From Candidatus Aenigmatarchaeota archaeon (GTDB lineage Archaea; Aenigmatarchaeota; Aenigmatarchaeia; QMZP01; QMZT01): a stretch of 64,000 nucleotides of DNA. The notes below the pieces were generated by a model, which saw only the letters and a list, made by a program, of their open reading frames with translations, had not been told where the DNA came from and searched no databases. Each line of letters opens with the position of its first letter. Position 1 is the first letter of the stretch. Made by a program: the position numbers and the translations under genes. Positions 1 to 10,400 of the stretch are shown piece after piece. The stretch covers positions 128,001 through 192,000 of the forward strand of contig JAPLVC010000001.1 in the NCBI GenBank assembly GCA_026397315.1, written 5' to 3'.

Positions 1-507
1 CATGAGCTTGCGGTTGTTGACCCTGATGGTTATGTCCATGCTGATTTTCGCGAAGAACTCAGCCACGATAGCCAGAATCTCGGCCTCGGCGAGCATCGAC
101 TTCGTTCCGACTACGTCGACGTCGCACTGCATGAACTCGCGATATCGTCCGAGCTTGATTGGCCCGTCCCTCCAGACCGGCTGGATTTGATATCGCTTGA
201 AAGGCTTCGGCAGGTTGGGATTCATGCCCACGACCTTCGCCATCGGAACCGTTAAATCATAGCGTAACGCCAGTTCGCGACCTCCTTGGTCCTCGACCTT
301 GAATATCTCCTTCATTATTTCAGAACCGCCCGCGAATTTCGCAGACAGCACGTCAATCCTTTCAATAGCCGGAGTTTCCAGTGGCGAGTAGCCGTATTTC
401 TCGAATATCGCCTTCAGCGTCTCGATTATGCGCTTCCTGGGGATAGCTTCCTCTGGCAAAAAGTCCCTCACTCCTTTCGCGTTGATGGGCTCGAATTTTT
501 CAGTCAT
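1..507 (-). CDS. hisS: Histidyl-tRNA synthetase, N-terminal part (runs off the window start)
   Basis: Own minus-strand translation from ATG at 507: MTEKFEPINAKGVRDFLP...LALRYDLTVPMA...KPFKRYQIQPVWRDGPIKLGRYREFMQCDVDVVG, the HisRS motifs; absent from the ORF track. Confidence 0.95.
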   Translation of the reverse strand, partial: MTEKFEPINAKGVRDFLPEEAIPRKRIIETLKAIFEKYGYSPLETPAIERIDVLSAKFAGGSEIMKEIFKVEDQGGRELALRYDLTVPMAKVVGMNPNLPKPFKRYQIQPVWRDGPIKLGRYREFMQCDVDVVGTKSMLAEAEILAIVAEFFAKISMDITIRVNNRKLM

Positions 508-609
508 TTTAATCACATGAGCTTGTTGCTATTTTATTATTTTGTTTAGCTGGTATTAATTTCAATTCCGTGCGGCGTCTTAAAAAGAAATCGTTTGAAA
601 CCGGCGGTA

Positions 610-879
610 TCAGTTAAGCTCGAGCTTTTCTAGCTCTTCGTTGCCGAACGTCGTGACCGCGTCGATATGGCGAGGGTCTTTCTGCAGCACGACGAACACT
701 TTCTCGAAAATCAGGCCCTCTATCGCCTCGGGCTCGCTCTCCAGCAGGCTCTCCAAATCGAATTCCATCTCCCTCATGATTTCCAGGACTACCTTTTTCA
801 CCGTGACTTCCATGTCCCTCTCTTCCGTGTTGAATGCCATGCTTTCACTTTCTTTCGCTTTTTGGGTTCTAAACATCAA
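610..879 (-). CDS. Small acidic hypothetical protein
   Basis: 89-aa ORF co-oriented with and overlapping the upstream phosphoesterase gene; no family recognised. Confidence 0.6.
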   Translation of the reverse strand: MMFRTQKAKESESMAFNTEERDMEVTVKKVVLEIMREMEFDLESLLESEPEAIEGLIFEKVFVVLQKDPRHIDAVTTFGNEELEKLELN

Positions 880-1450
880 ATACCGCCACCTTCTGCGAAG
901 GCAGGTCGACGATCGCTGCCTTCCTGAATTCCGGAAGTGCCGCGTTCACGTATAGCGTGCCCTTGTGCTTCACGACGCCGGCCGATTCGTGTATGTGCCC
1001 GAACACGTGCATTGCGGGCTTCAATCGCTCGATCACGTCTCTCAGCTCCGGCATGCCCGCGTTGCTGCCGAAATAGCTCATGTCGAGTATGTCGTAGGGC
1101 GGGTCGTGCGTTATGATTATGAGCTTCTTGGGGTCCTTCCCTTTTGCGAGCTTCTCTATCTCATCGTAATGGCCGTATTCCACGCCCAGGAAATAGTAAC
1201 CCTTGTGCTCGGCGACCTCATTCACCAGCACCTTTACTCTCTTGCTTCGTGCCTTTAAATGCCTGTCCCAGTTGCCGTGGACGACGAAAGTGATAAAGCT
1301 GGTCGACGCGAACACTTTCGTGGCAAACTCTTCAGACAGGAAGTCGCCGGCATTGACTATCACATCGACTTTCTCCTTCGTCGCGAGCTTTTCGACCCGC
1401 TCGGCTATCTCCAAGTCACGATGATAGTCGGAAACGCACATTATTCTCAT
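869..1450 (-). CDS. Calcineurin-like metallophosphoesterase
   Basis: Motifs SDYH, AGDF, HGNWD, THDPP, FGHIHE. Confidence 0.9.
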   Translation of the reverse strand: MRIMCVSDYHRDLEIAERVEKLATKEKVDVIVNAGDFLSEEFATKVFASTSFITFVVHGNWDRHLKARSKRVKVLVNEVAEHKGYYFLGVEYGHYDEIEKLAKGKDPKKLIIITHDPPYDILDMSYFGSNAGMPELRDVIERLKPAMHVFGHIHESAGVVKHKGTLYVNAALPEFRKAAIVDLPSQKVAVFDV

Positions 1451-1507
1451 AGCAATCCTTTTTCGCGCATGTATTAATAAATTCACAGAGCAGCCAGCCG
1501 CCAGCAG

Positions 1508-2692
1508 TCATGCCAGCAGATCCATGCACACGAGGACGATTGTTTCTGAAAAATGCACGAGTTCAGCGAGAGAAATATATTCATTTGACATGTGGGCAAG
1601 GCCCTTCCCGGGCGAGAAACCGACAGCAGTCACGCCCGCAGCGGCGAGCGGCTTGATGAGAGTCGTTCCTGAAATGCCTATGATCTCCGCCTTCTTCCCC
1701 GTCACCTCGACGACGCGCTTCTTTATCATTCCAATCAGCGCATTGCCGCCGTCGACAGCGACGGGCTTCTGGTCGTCAATCACTTCAAGCGTGAATCTCG
1801 CTTTCTTATTTTTCTTCGCAACAGCGGCAAGCATCCTCTTCACATCGCCTATAATCGCTAGCGACGACTGCGACGGCAGATAGCGGATATCGATAGTCGC
1901 CTCACACTTCGCAGGCACGATATTCGCCGCTTCCCCGCCACGCACAATACCCAGATTCAGCGTCGGAGGCGAGAGAAGCGCATGTTTCTTGAATTTCATC
2001 CGCTTATCATATCCCTTCAAAAGTTTCAAGAATTCAACCATGTGCCAGACAGCGTTTATCCCTTCGTCAGGCGCAGAGCCATGTGCTTGCTTCCCGAACG
2101 ACGTGACTTTCAAAAACAGCAACCCCTTTTCAGCGACGTCTATCTTCCTCAGCTCGTGCTCTATGTCAGGCACAATCGCATACTCAGCAGAAAGTCCGCA
2201 TTCGTCGAGCAGGTAGCGCATGCCAGCTTTTGAGCCTGCTTCTTCATCCGCGACGCATGCGACAATGACCTGGCCGTGAAGCGACGATTCGACTTTCTTC
2301 AGCGTTTTCGCAGCCATGAGTATGCCGGCAAGCGGGCCTTTGTTGTCGACCGCGCCTCTGCCATAAATTTTATCACCATCGACGCGAGCCTTGAATGGGT
2401 TGGAATCCCATCCCTCGCCTGCAGGGACGACATCCATATGGCACGCCAGAAGAAGGCGAGGGTGACCTTTGCCGATATAGCCGATGATGTTCGCCCGTCC
2501 CTTCTCCTTCTCAAATATGCGATAGGCAATCCCTTCAGTCTCGAAGAAGCGTTTCACAACGCCGGCCGCACGCGACTCGTTGCCGGGCGGATTAGTCGTG
2601 TCCTCAGCGATAAGGTCAGAGAGCAGCTTTATGGTCTCGCTCCTCGCAGGCGTCGAAGGGCCTGAAGCATTTGAAGTTTTGCGAATCTCCAT
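1508..2692 (-). CDS. M20 family metallopeptidase/deacylase (ArgE/DapE-like)
   Basis: CHMDVVP, GRGAVDNKG, ADEE, GKQAHGS, NIVP, AHMSNE motifs. Confidence 0.92.
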   Translation of the reverse strand: MEIRKTSNASGPSTPARSETIKLLSDLIAEDTTNPPGNESRAAGVVKRFFETEGIAYRIFEKEKGRANIIGYIGKGHPRLLLACHMDVVPAGEGWDSNPFKARVDGDKIYGRGAVDNKGPLAGILMAAKTLKKVESSLHGQVIVACVADEEAGSKAGMRYLLDECGLSAEYAIVPDIEHELRKIDVAEKGLLFLKVTSFGKQAHGSAPDEGINAVWHMVEFLKLLKGYDKRMKFKKHALLSPPTLNLGIVRGGEAANIVPAKCEATIDIRYLPSQSSLAIIGDVKRMLAAVAKKNKKARFTLEVIDDQKPVAVDGGNALIGMIKKRVVEVTGKKAEIIGISGTTLIKPLAAAGVTAVGFSPGKGLAHMSNEYISLAELVHFSETIVLVCMDLLA

Positions 2693-2839
2693 GATTAATA
2701 TTTCCCGCAGCCATACTAATAACCGATACGTCAGTTAGGACATTGCAAAAATATTCGACAACATTGAAGATGTCTCTCTGCCTGAGAATGAATTTTAATT
2801 TATAAGTCAAAAATTCAAAATTATTCAAGTGTTATTTCC

Positions 2840-3469
2840 ATGGCAGATCCATCTGTGGTGAATGAAACCTTTATACAATTATTAGTGGTAGTCGTATTTG
2901 TTTTGATTTACTCTACTTTCATATATTATTTTGCTGGATCGAAACGAAAAGCAATAGAACAGAGAAAAAAACGTTTTTACAAAGCATTGGTAGAAGGTTT
3001 AAAAAATAATTCCATAGAATCAATAGATGATGTTATAAACGTTTACAAAGGTATTTCTGGGTTAAGTTCAGAAAATTTAACATACAGATATCATTTAAGT
3101 AAATATTTGCGTCAATTTATGTATGAAATTATTTCTAAAAATAAATTATTAATTGAATCCGAACTGGATGATGAAACAATAATAAAATGGAAAGTTAAAA
3201 TATCTAAATTTATTGAGAAAAATGAAGAATTTTCTCCATATGCAGATATACCTGCGGCAGAAAGAAATGTTCTAAGTGATATTTCAGTATTTATTGAGAA
3301 AAAGGATACAGAATCAATAAAAAGGAAAATAGGTGAATTAGCTGGAATGATTCAAGCCAGACAGGATGATATGAATAAAATTAGAAATATAAACAACTGG
3401 ACAATTCCACTTTCAGTGATAGGTCTTGTGTTAACGGTTATATTTGGTATATTAGCAATCACCACTTAA
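2840..3469 (+). CDS. Hypothetical membrane protein in AT-rich island
   Basis: 209 aa with hydrophobic helices at both ends; much more AT-rich than flanks. Confidence 0.75.
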   Translation: MADPSVVNETFIQLLVVVVFVLIYSTFIYYFAGSKRKAIEQRKKRFYKALVEGLKNNSIESIDDVINVYKGISGLSSENLTYRYHLSKYLRQFMYEIISKNKLLIESELDDETIIKWKVKISKFIEKNEEFSPYADIPAAERNVLSDISVFIEKKDTESIKRKIGELAGMIQARQDDMNKIRNINNWTIPLSVIGLVLTVIFGILAITT

Positions 3470-3618
3470 TCAATTGAAAATTATTTATCTGGATCTCAAT
3501 TTCGAAAAACCGCTATATACTCGGTGCGTGCTCAGAAGAAAACGTATCGGTACTGGCGGTTAGTGAATGAAAATGTTTAAACATAGTAATTTATATCCCA
3601 TTCCAAATTCTCAAATAT

Positions 3619-4428
3619 ATGATAAAATCTTTATTACCTGAAGATTGGCACAAGATAATAATTTCAGTTGAAAAACACGATAAAATTAATGATATATATT
3701 TTCCAATAGGAACAGGGTTTCTGATAGGGTATAAAGGATTCACCGTTTTTGTAACTGCTAAACACATAGCTGAAATCATGGATAAAAATGAAGATATTTA
3801 TTTAGCTTGGAATGCAAATGATAGTTCAATAATAAGAAAGAATTTCGAAAATTTAAAAAATGATTCAGAGTGGATATTTCACGAAAATTCTCAAATCGAT
3901 ATAGCAGTAAGATTTTTTAAATTATATTCCGAGTCAGATGATGTGAGAGTATTGGCTGAAAACCTTTTTGAAAGCTTTGAAGATGTAATGGAAGGAGATG
4001 ATATTTTATTTCTTGGTTTTCCACTTCACATTTCAGAACCTAATAAAATCCACCCGGTGGTTAGAAGTGGTATAATAGCATATAGAAAAGAAAATAAAAA
4101 CTTCCTGATAGATGCAAATGTTTTTCCTGGAAGTAGTGGAAGTCCTGTTTTTTTAAAAACAAGTGCAATAACATATGAAAAAGGAAATTTCAACTTGGGT
4201 AAAGTTAGAATACCAAAATTAGTTGGAATAATAATCGAAGCTTTACTTTATGATGACATCGCAATTAGTCAGCAAACAAAAAGGCATGTGGTTACTTTTT
4301 CAGAAAATGCTGGTTTTGGTGTTGTCTTATCTGTGGATTTAATAAATGATATACTAGAAAGTCAAAATTTTCAAATGCTATTTGAAAAAATAAAAAAAAT
4401 AGACGCTGAAATAAATAAAGATAAATGA
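3619..4428 (+). CDS. Trypsin-like serine protease in AT-rich island
   Basis: GTGF, VTAKH (His), DIAV (Asp), PGSSGSPV (Ser) catalytic-triad motifs. Confidence 0.88.
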   Translation: MIKSLLPEDWHKIIISVEKHDKINDIYFPIGTGFLIGYKGFTVFVTAKHIAEIMDKNEDIYLAWNANDSSIIRKNFENLKNDSEWIFHENSQIDIAVRFFKLYSESDDVRVLAENLFESFEDVMEGDDILFLGFPLHISEPNKIHPVVRSGIIAYRKENKNFLIDANVFPGSSGSPVFLKTSAITYEKGNFNLGKVRIPKLVGIIIEALLYDDIAISQQTKRHVVTFSENAGFGVVLSVDLINDILESQNFQMLFEKIKKIDAEINKDK

Positions 4429-4483
4429 ATAAAAGATAATTCAATTAATTTTATTGTAAAAATCATTGCTGTATAATCTCTAA

Positions 4484-4684
4484 TTATTTTTTTCTTTTTA
4501 TGGGTATTATTGAGCCTGCCATATACGCAATTACCATTAAAACAATTCCAATCAGTCCTAACACGAGAAGGCTACTCCAATCATTCACATCTTTGCTAAA
4601 ATCTTTAAAGGCGACTAATGCTTGAATAAATGCAGTTAATGCTAAAATCAAAGTTGCTTTCTCAACCATATTTTCTTTAGTCAT
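4484..4684 (-). CDS. Small two-helix membrane protein
   Basis: 66 aa, two hydrophobic segments, basic C-terminus, directly after aMBF1. Confidence 0.6.
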   Translation of the reverse strand: MTKENMVEKATLILALTAFIQALVAFKDFSKDVNDWSSLLVLGLIGIVLMVIAYMAGSIIPIKRKK

Positions 4685-4693
4685 GTTTACCGT

Positions 4694-5077
4694 CTATTTA
4701 ACATACAATTCCAATCGATAAAATCGTTCTATCCTCTTTGCTGTTGCGTCGTCGGGCTTGAAGCCGCCCTCGATGCGCTTGTACATCTGGCGGGAGATGT
4801 TCATCTTGTCCGCGGCCTCGTCCTGGGTGAGATTCGCTTTTTCGCGTGCATGGCGGATTTTTGACGAGAAGTCTTGCGCTAGCTCGCTGTCGCTTTCTAT
4901 CGATTCCGCCCTGGGCGCGCTAGAGATGCTGTGCTGGGGCTGGAGGAATACCTTTTTCGGCTGGTAGACTTCCTTGCCGAGCTTCGCGCAGTCTTCGCAC
5001 ACGCTGAGAATGACGCCGTCGATTTCGGCTTTTTTTGCGCCAGAAGTATCCTTTCCGCAAACCTCGCATTCAGACAT
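4694..5077 (-). CDS. mbf1: Archaeal multiprotein bridging factor aMBF1 (Zn ribbon + HTH)
   Basis: CEVCGK...VCEDCAKLG Zn ribbon; IRHAREKANLTQDEAA...YKRIEGG HTH. Confidence 0.9.
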   Translation of the reverse strand: MSECEVCGKDTSGAKKAEIDGVILSVCEDCAKLGKEVYQPKKVFLQPQHSISSAPRAESIESDSELAQDFSSKIRHAREKANLTQDEAADKMNISRQMYKRIEGGFKPDDATAKRIERFYRLELYVK

Positions 5078-5125
5078 AGAAATGCGCACTCTCTTATCGC
5101 TTGGTTAAAATTCAATTGGCTTAGC

Positions 5126-6274
5126 TTAGTAAGCTATGCCCACCTTGACGCCATTGATTTCCCAGCTGCCCGTGCCTGCGAACGATATCGTGTTGGCTCC
5201 CTCGATTACGTCGCTGGATGTGAAGTCGAGCGTATTCGCGCCCGCACGCACTGACTGTATGTTGAGCTGGTTGTCGTTTATCTTTATGTTCAGGACGCCC
5301 TGCTTGTATGTGCTGTTCACGACGAACTCGATGCGTCCTTTGCCATTCGCCTTGAGCAGGTTCAGGTTCTCGCTGGTCACTGTGAAGTCGCGCTCTTTTA
5401 CAGAGCTGCCTGCAGCGACGACCACGTCGAACTCAGCATCGTCAATCTCGTATACGCTGTCCGACTTGAATGAAAGCACGTTGTCGCCTATCTTGAGCAT
5501 GTTGCCGATTTGGGAATACTGGAACTCCTTGGACACGACGTGCTCTGGATTCGAGGAGCTGTATATGTCGTTGCCGTTGAGCTTGACGCGTATCAGGCCG
5601 GACTGCCCGCTGGTTGTGTAGAACTTGAGCACGCCCTTGCTCCACGTTTCCACTTCGTTGGGATATATCTTGAATGACATGAACTTCTCCGGTCCGTATT
5701 CTGCGACGACTGCGAAGTTCTGGAGGCCGTAATATGTCGAGGCCCAGAAATACATGCCGGGCGTCGATGCGCTCAGCTCTAACGTATTCGATTCTTTCAC
5801 GTCGGCCGGGTCTATAACAATATCATACCTGTTGAGATTCGCCAGCTTCTCGAAAACGACCTTGTCGTTCCATTTTACAATAAGGTTTCCATATAGGTTA
5901 GTCTCTCCCATGTCGAACGATACCTTTACGTCGCGTATGCTGCCGAGCACGTTCGGGTCGACGTATATCTCGAACTTCTTGGGATCGCCGCCGAAATACC
6001 CTTGGGAAACGCCGAGATTCGGAAGGCTCTTGAGCGTGTCGGACTGGGTCTCTCCGAGCGTGAAGGATCCGAATCGTATCGCCCTGACGACTTCGTTCTG
6101 CGAGACGCCTACGTTGCCCAGATCGAAAGAAGCAAGAGACTTGTAGTTTCCAGTGGCTCCGCCGCCCTGGCCGGGCCAGTTGCCTTCGGCCATCTGGGCC
6201 AGAGGTCCGCCTACGACCATGAGCGCCGCTATCGCCACGAGCGCTATTATCAGAATAACGATGAACTCGTCCAT
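5126..6274 (-). CDS. Hypothetical membrane-anchored surface protein
   Basis: N-terminal hydrophobic anchor followed by a beta-rich region. Confidence 0.75.
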   Translation of the reverse strand: MDEFIVILIIALVAIAALMVVGGPLAQMAEGNWPGQGGGATGNYKSLASFDLGNVGVSQNEVVRAIRFGSFTLGETQSDTLKSLPNLGVSQGYFGGDPKKFEIYVDPNVLGSIRDVKVSFDMGETNLYGNLIVKWNDKVVFEKLANLNRYDIVIDPADVKESNTLELSASTPGMYFWASTYYGLQNFAVVAEYGPEKFMSFKIYPNEVETWSKGVLKFYTTSGQSGLIRVKLNGNDIYSSSNPEHVVSKEFQYSQIGNMLKIGDNVLSFKSDSVYEIDDAEFDVVVAAGSSVKERDFTVTSENLNLLKANGKGRIEFVVNSTYKQGVLNIKINDNQLNIQSVRAGANTLDFTSSDVIEGANTISFAGTGSWEINGVKVGIAY

Positions 6275-6384
6275 ATTGATTCTATCGGGAGAATGCTTTA
6301 AATCTTTATTTTATACGCCTCCACAAATTAAATCAGGTAGTGTATAAGCTGAACGCGGGAGCGATACGGAAGCAACGTGAAAAC

Positions 6385-7389
6385 ATGAAAATACTGCACA
6401 GGGACATGAAGGAGCAGGTGCTGAAGCTCCACCCCGAGACCATGGAGGATCTGTGGCATCTCGAGAAAGTGATTGAGCCCGGCGATCTGATTACCTCTAG
6501 GACTCTCCGCAAGACTTCGATTAAAAGCGGCGGCGACTACGAATACGGCGATAAGAAGCCCATGGTCCTGACCATACGCCTGGAGAAGATGGAACTGCAG
6601 AAGGACTCCGGCGTGCTTCGACTGAGCGGGCCCATCGCATCAGGTCCGCCTGAAGTGCCGCTCAATTCTTACCATTCCATGAGCATAGAGGTAGGCAGCG
6701 TGCTGTCCATACAGAAGAAGCGGTGGAAGTCGCATCAGCTCGACAGGCTGGAGAAGGCGAAGGTGAAGAAGGCGAAGCTGCTCATATGCGTGCTCGACAG
6801 GGAGGACGCAGATTTCGCTGTCCTCAGCGAGGCTGGCATAGAGATGAAGGCGAGCGTGACCAATTACGACAGGGAACACATGGAAAAGTATTATGAGGAG
6901 ATAATAGCGTATCTCAAGACGCAGGATTCGCAAACGATAGTGATTGGCGGGCCGGGGTTCGAGCGCGAGAACCTGCAGCGTCACATAAGGGCTAACCACA
7001 AGGACTTCGCCAAGAACATCATAGTGGAGCACGCGAGTTCGACGGGCATGAACGGCGTGCAGGAGATACTCAAGAAATCCGCTAACCGCATTTTAAAAGA
7101 GACGCGCGTCGCGAAGGAAGCGGAATACGTCAATGAAGTGATGAAGCGCATAAAGACGGACGGCTTAGTTGTGTACGGGCCGAAAGAGACTGCTAAGGCG
7201 GTAGCGATGGGCGCGGTCGAGACGCTGCTAGTCTCGCAGGAAAAGGTCGATGAATTCGAGCATCTGATGGAAGCGGAGGAGAAAATGGCCGGGAACGTCG
7301 TCGTCATAGCGAGCGACCACGAGCTGGGCGAGCAGTTCCTGCACCTCGGCGGGATCGCAGGTTTTCTGAGATTCAAGACGGATTTTTAA
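6385..7389 (+). CDS. pelA: mRNA surveillance protein Pelota
   Basis: EDLWHL, GPGFERE, VVYG..E...A..MGAVETLL, LGGIAGFLRF. Confidence 0.95.
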   Translation: MKILHRDMKEQVLKLHPETMEDLWHLEKVIEPGDLITSRTLRKTSIKSGGDYEYGDKKPMVLTIRLEKMELQKDSGVLRLSGPIASGPPEVPLNSYHSMSIEVGSVLSIQKKRWKSHQLDRLEKAKVKKAKLLICVLDREDADFAVLSEAGIEMKASVTNYDREHMEKYYEEIIAYLKTQDSQTIVIGGPGFERENLQRHIRANHKDFAKNIIVEHASSTGMNGVQEILKKSANRILKETRVAKEAEYVNEVMKRIKTDGLVVYGPKETAKAVAMGAVETLLVSQEKVDEFEHLMEAEEKMAGNVVVIASDHELGEQFLHLGGIAGFLRFKTDF

Positions 7390-7402
7390 ATCTCTTTAAA
7401 AT

Positions 7403-10400
7403 CTATTTTTTGCTTATCAGCACGAAGTAAAGCGCCCCTGCCAAAAGTATGAGTGCTATCGCTGCCGAATCGCCGAGCTCTGAGAAGTTGGGCGGCATGT
7501 CTACTCTGATATCGACAGTGTCCTCGTCGGAAAGCGTTATGTCGTTCTGGGAGATGCCGTTTAACTGAAGTAAAAATCCTTCCATGGCCGGCACCAGCCT
7601 GGCGTAGATAATCTTTTCTTCAGCCGGATTGAGCACCATGCTGATATTGGTCGCGTCGTTCTCCACGAACCTGCCGTAGTTGGGCGCTAGCGCTAGCGTA
7701 ATGTTGTCTGCCTGGTCGTGTATGTTCCTTATCTCCAGCGCTATCAGGTCCGCGGAGCCGAGGATTGTCCTGTATTCATCGACGACGAGGAAGTTGCAGA
7801 TGGAGTGGTAATATACGGAGTAATAGAAGTAACTGTTCGGCGCGCTGGGAGGCAGGTATTCCATCATCGTCGAATTCTGCGCCATGATGTAGTAGTCGAC
7901 TTCGCGGATGCTCTCGGCTTCGGAAACGTTTATTTTTATGGTGACGTTGCACTGCCTCGTGTTGTAGCATCTCGCTTCCGTCCACTGCAAAGGCAGCATG
8001 CCTAGAGTGTGGTTCGCGTAGAAAACCGTGATGTTTATGTTTTCCGTAACTGAAGGCAGGGCGGAGACGCTTATAATAACGTTCCTCCTGTTCGGGACTT
8101 TGCCACCGTTCCTGACGTTGAGTTTGGTCGTGTTCTCTGTCAAAGAGAATGACACGAGCTTCGGTATGTATACGGTTATGTTCGCGTCCCATGCCGGCTT
8201 GGACTCGACGTTGCCAGCGATATCGGTAGCGACCGACTTGAAGAAGAACGTGTAGTTGTTCGGGTCCTGAACCCACCACAGTTCCTTGGTTGTGTCGAAC
8301 GTGTATAGCGTGAGGTTGGTGCACGCGCCTCCGGCGAAGGGTATGGTGTAGTTCTCGCTGGAGCACTGGCCGTTGTTATTGTTGCAATACCTGTATACTA
8401 CGTTGTAGCATTTCACCCCGCTGTGTGCGTCGCTGCCGCTCCAGGAAATGTTGAAGACCTTGTTCATGACGAAGGCGCCGGAACTGGGACTAATCATCTG
8501 GGACGAGGGGCTCACGTAATCTATGCCCACCCTGGTTACAACGACGTTTACGTTGTTGCCCTTGGTGTCGTTGGACCAGACCCTGAAAGTGTAGTTGTTG
8601 GCGTTCGTGTTCGGCGCGACGGACGTGATGACGAATGGCGCGTCATATATGTCGCCGCTCTCCAGGGTCATCTGTGTCCACGTGCCGTTCGTCGTCGAGT
8701 TCTCCCAGCGGTAGCGCACGCTCGCGACGCCCTGGCTGTCCGTGACGGTCGCTGTCACGTCGAAGCTTGTTCTGAACCATTTCGGGGTAGGTTTGGTTAT
8801 GGTTATGGCGGGAGGCTGCCTGTCTATGCGGACGTTGTTGACGGTCGCGCTGCCGACGTTGCCTATCGTGTCGTTGGCGCTCACGTTTATCGTGTAGTAG
8901 CCGTCGGAAACGGCAAGCACGCTGAACGTCGCTATGTAAGCGTTGCCGATATTACGCGTTATGGGTATCCATGGGCCATTAGCTGTCGAATTCTGCCACC
9001 TGTATCTAGCGCCGCTTATGGGCGAATACGTGTCCGTCACCGTGGCGTTGACCGCGAAATCCGCGTTGTAAATGTCGTTCTGTTTTGGAGTGTTTATGAT
9101 TATGGAAGGCCCCGATTTGTCGACGGCAAAGGTGCGGGCAACGCTGTCCTCTTTAAGCGTCCATCCATCATTGGCGAAGAAGTCAGAGTAGAGGCCGCAG
9201 TAGTCCACTGTCCATATGCCCTCAGGGTCGCCGGATTTTATGGTGTAGTTATACGAGGCGTCAGTGCCCCAGTTGTCGAAAATGATTTTGTTGCTATTGG
9301 GCTTTATGACAGAGCATTCGGAAAGGATGGTAAAGCCGGAAGGCGACTTTGTGACGCCCGTGAGGTTTATCCTGAAAGTGTAGCCGACGCCGTACGAGCC
9401 GGCCGGGTAAACATAAGAAGCCCAGTTGCCAGTGACCTTTGTCGAAACGCCGCCGGTTATGCATGATGTGAAGCTGTTGCCGCAGACGGCGTCGTCGTCG
9501 CATTTGTATGAGCCCGTCCTGCCGCAGTTCTGGTTTATCCACACCCGCTCGTTACCGCTGCCTGCGGCCAGGACGCTGCAGTTGAGCATGCACCCTCCGC
9601 TGTAGCAGTTGCCGCTCGTGGCGTTGCATATGCCAGGCGTGAACAGGCAGGGCTGCCCGCAAACCAGTCCCTGGCACGCGTTCGTCTCGAGGTGGAAAGT
9701 GTTGCTCTGTTTCGCCGCCTCCGTGTTGCCGGCGCTGTCATTCGAATAGAAGCATACCTTGAGTTCGCATATCTTGCCGAAGGGACAGGTGACGTTTTTC
9801 TTTACACTACCGGCGTTTACCGTTATATATGTTCCCGCGGTCACGCAGTCCTGGGTGGAGTTTATGATTTTGTATCTCGTCTTGCTGCACCAAGCGCCAC
9901 CGGTGTCCAAGCATTCGAGCGTGAATTCCGTCCAGTTCTGGCCAGGGTAATCGCCGCCGTTCGGGATTATCGCCGTAATCGGCGCTGTCATATCCTTCCA
10001 AATGCCGTTGGAACATATCCCGCCATGCAATGGAATCGGGTACGGGTCGCCGTTGCTGTAGCAGATGCCGTCTGAGACACAATCGTTCGCCTGGTCGCAG
10101 CAGGCGTCGTCGCTCGTGCTGTTGGTGCAGACGAAACCGTCGCAGACTCTCGTTCTTACGTGCTCGCTGGGATCGTCGCCGCAGCAGCATGACGTCTGGA
10201 CTCCGGCTGTCATGGGGTCGCAGTCATCGCCGCCGAGGGTCCATCTGTTCGCGCCGGCGCACGTGTTGCACGTGTGGCTCGTGGCGTCCGGGTCGTATGT
10301 CTTCGAGGCGCATGAATCGAGGCCTGGGCATCCGTCCGCGCTGTCGACGGGGTAATATTCGATGTAATTGCACGAGTTCACAGCAGCGCCGCAGGTGCCT

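Noticed and set aside
8423-9466. Long antisense and alternative-frame ORFs (also 18588-19478, 46121-47194, 53426-54376 and many shorter ones)
   Set aside because: Shadows of well-supported genes with GC-rich third positions; no recognisable motifs
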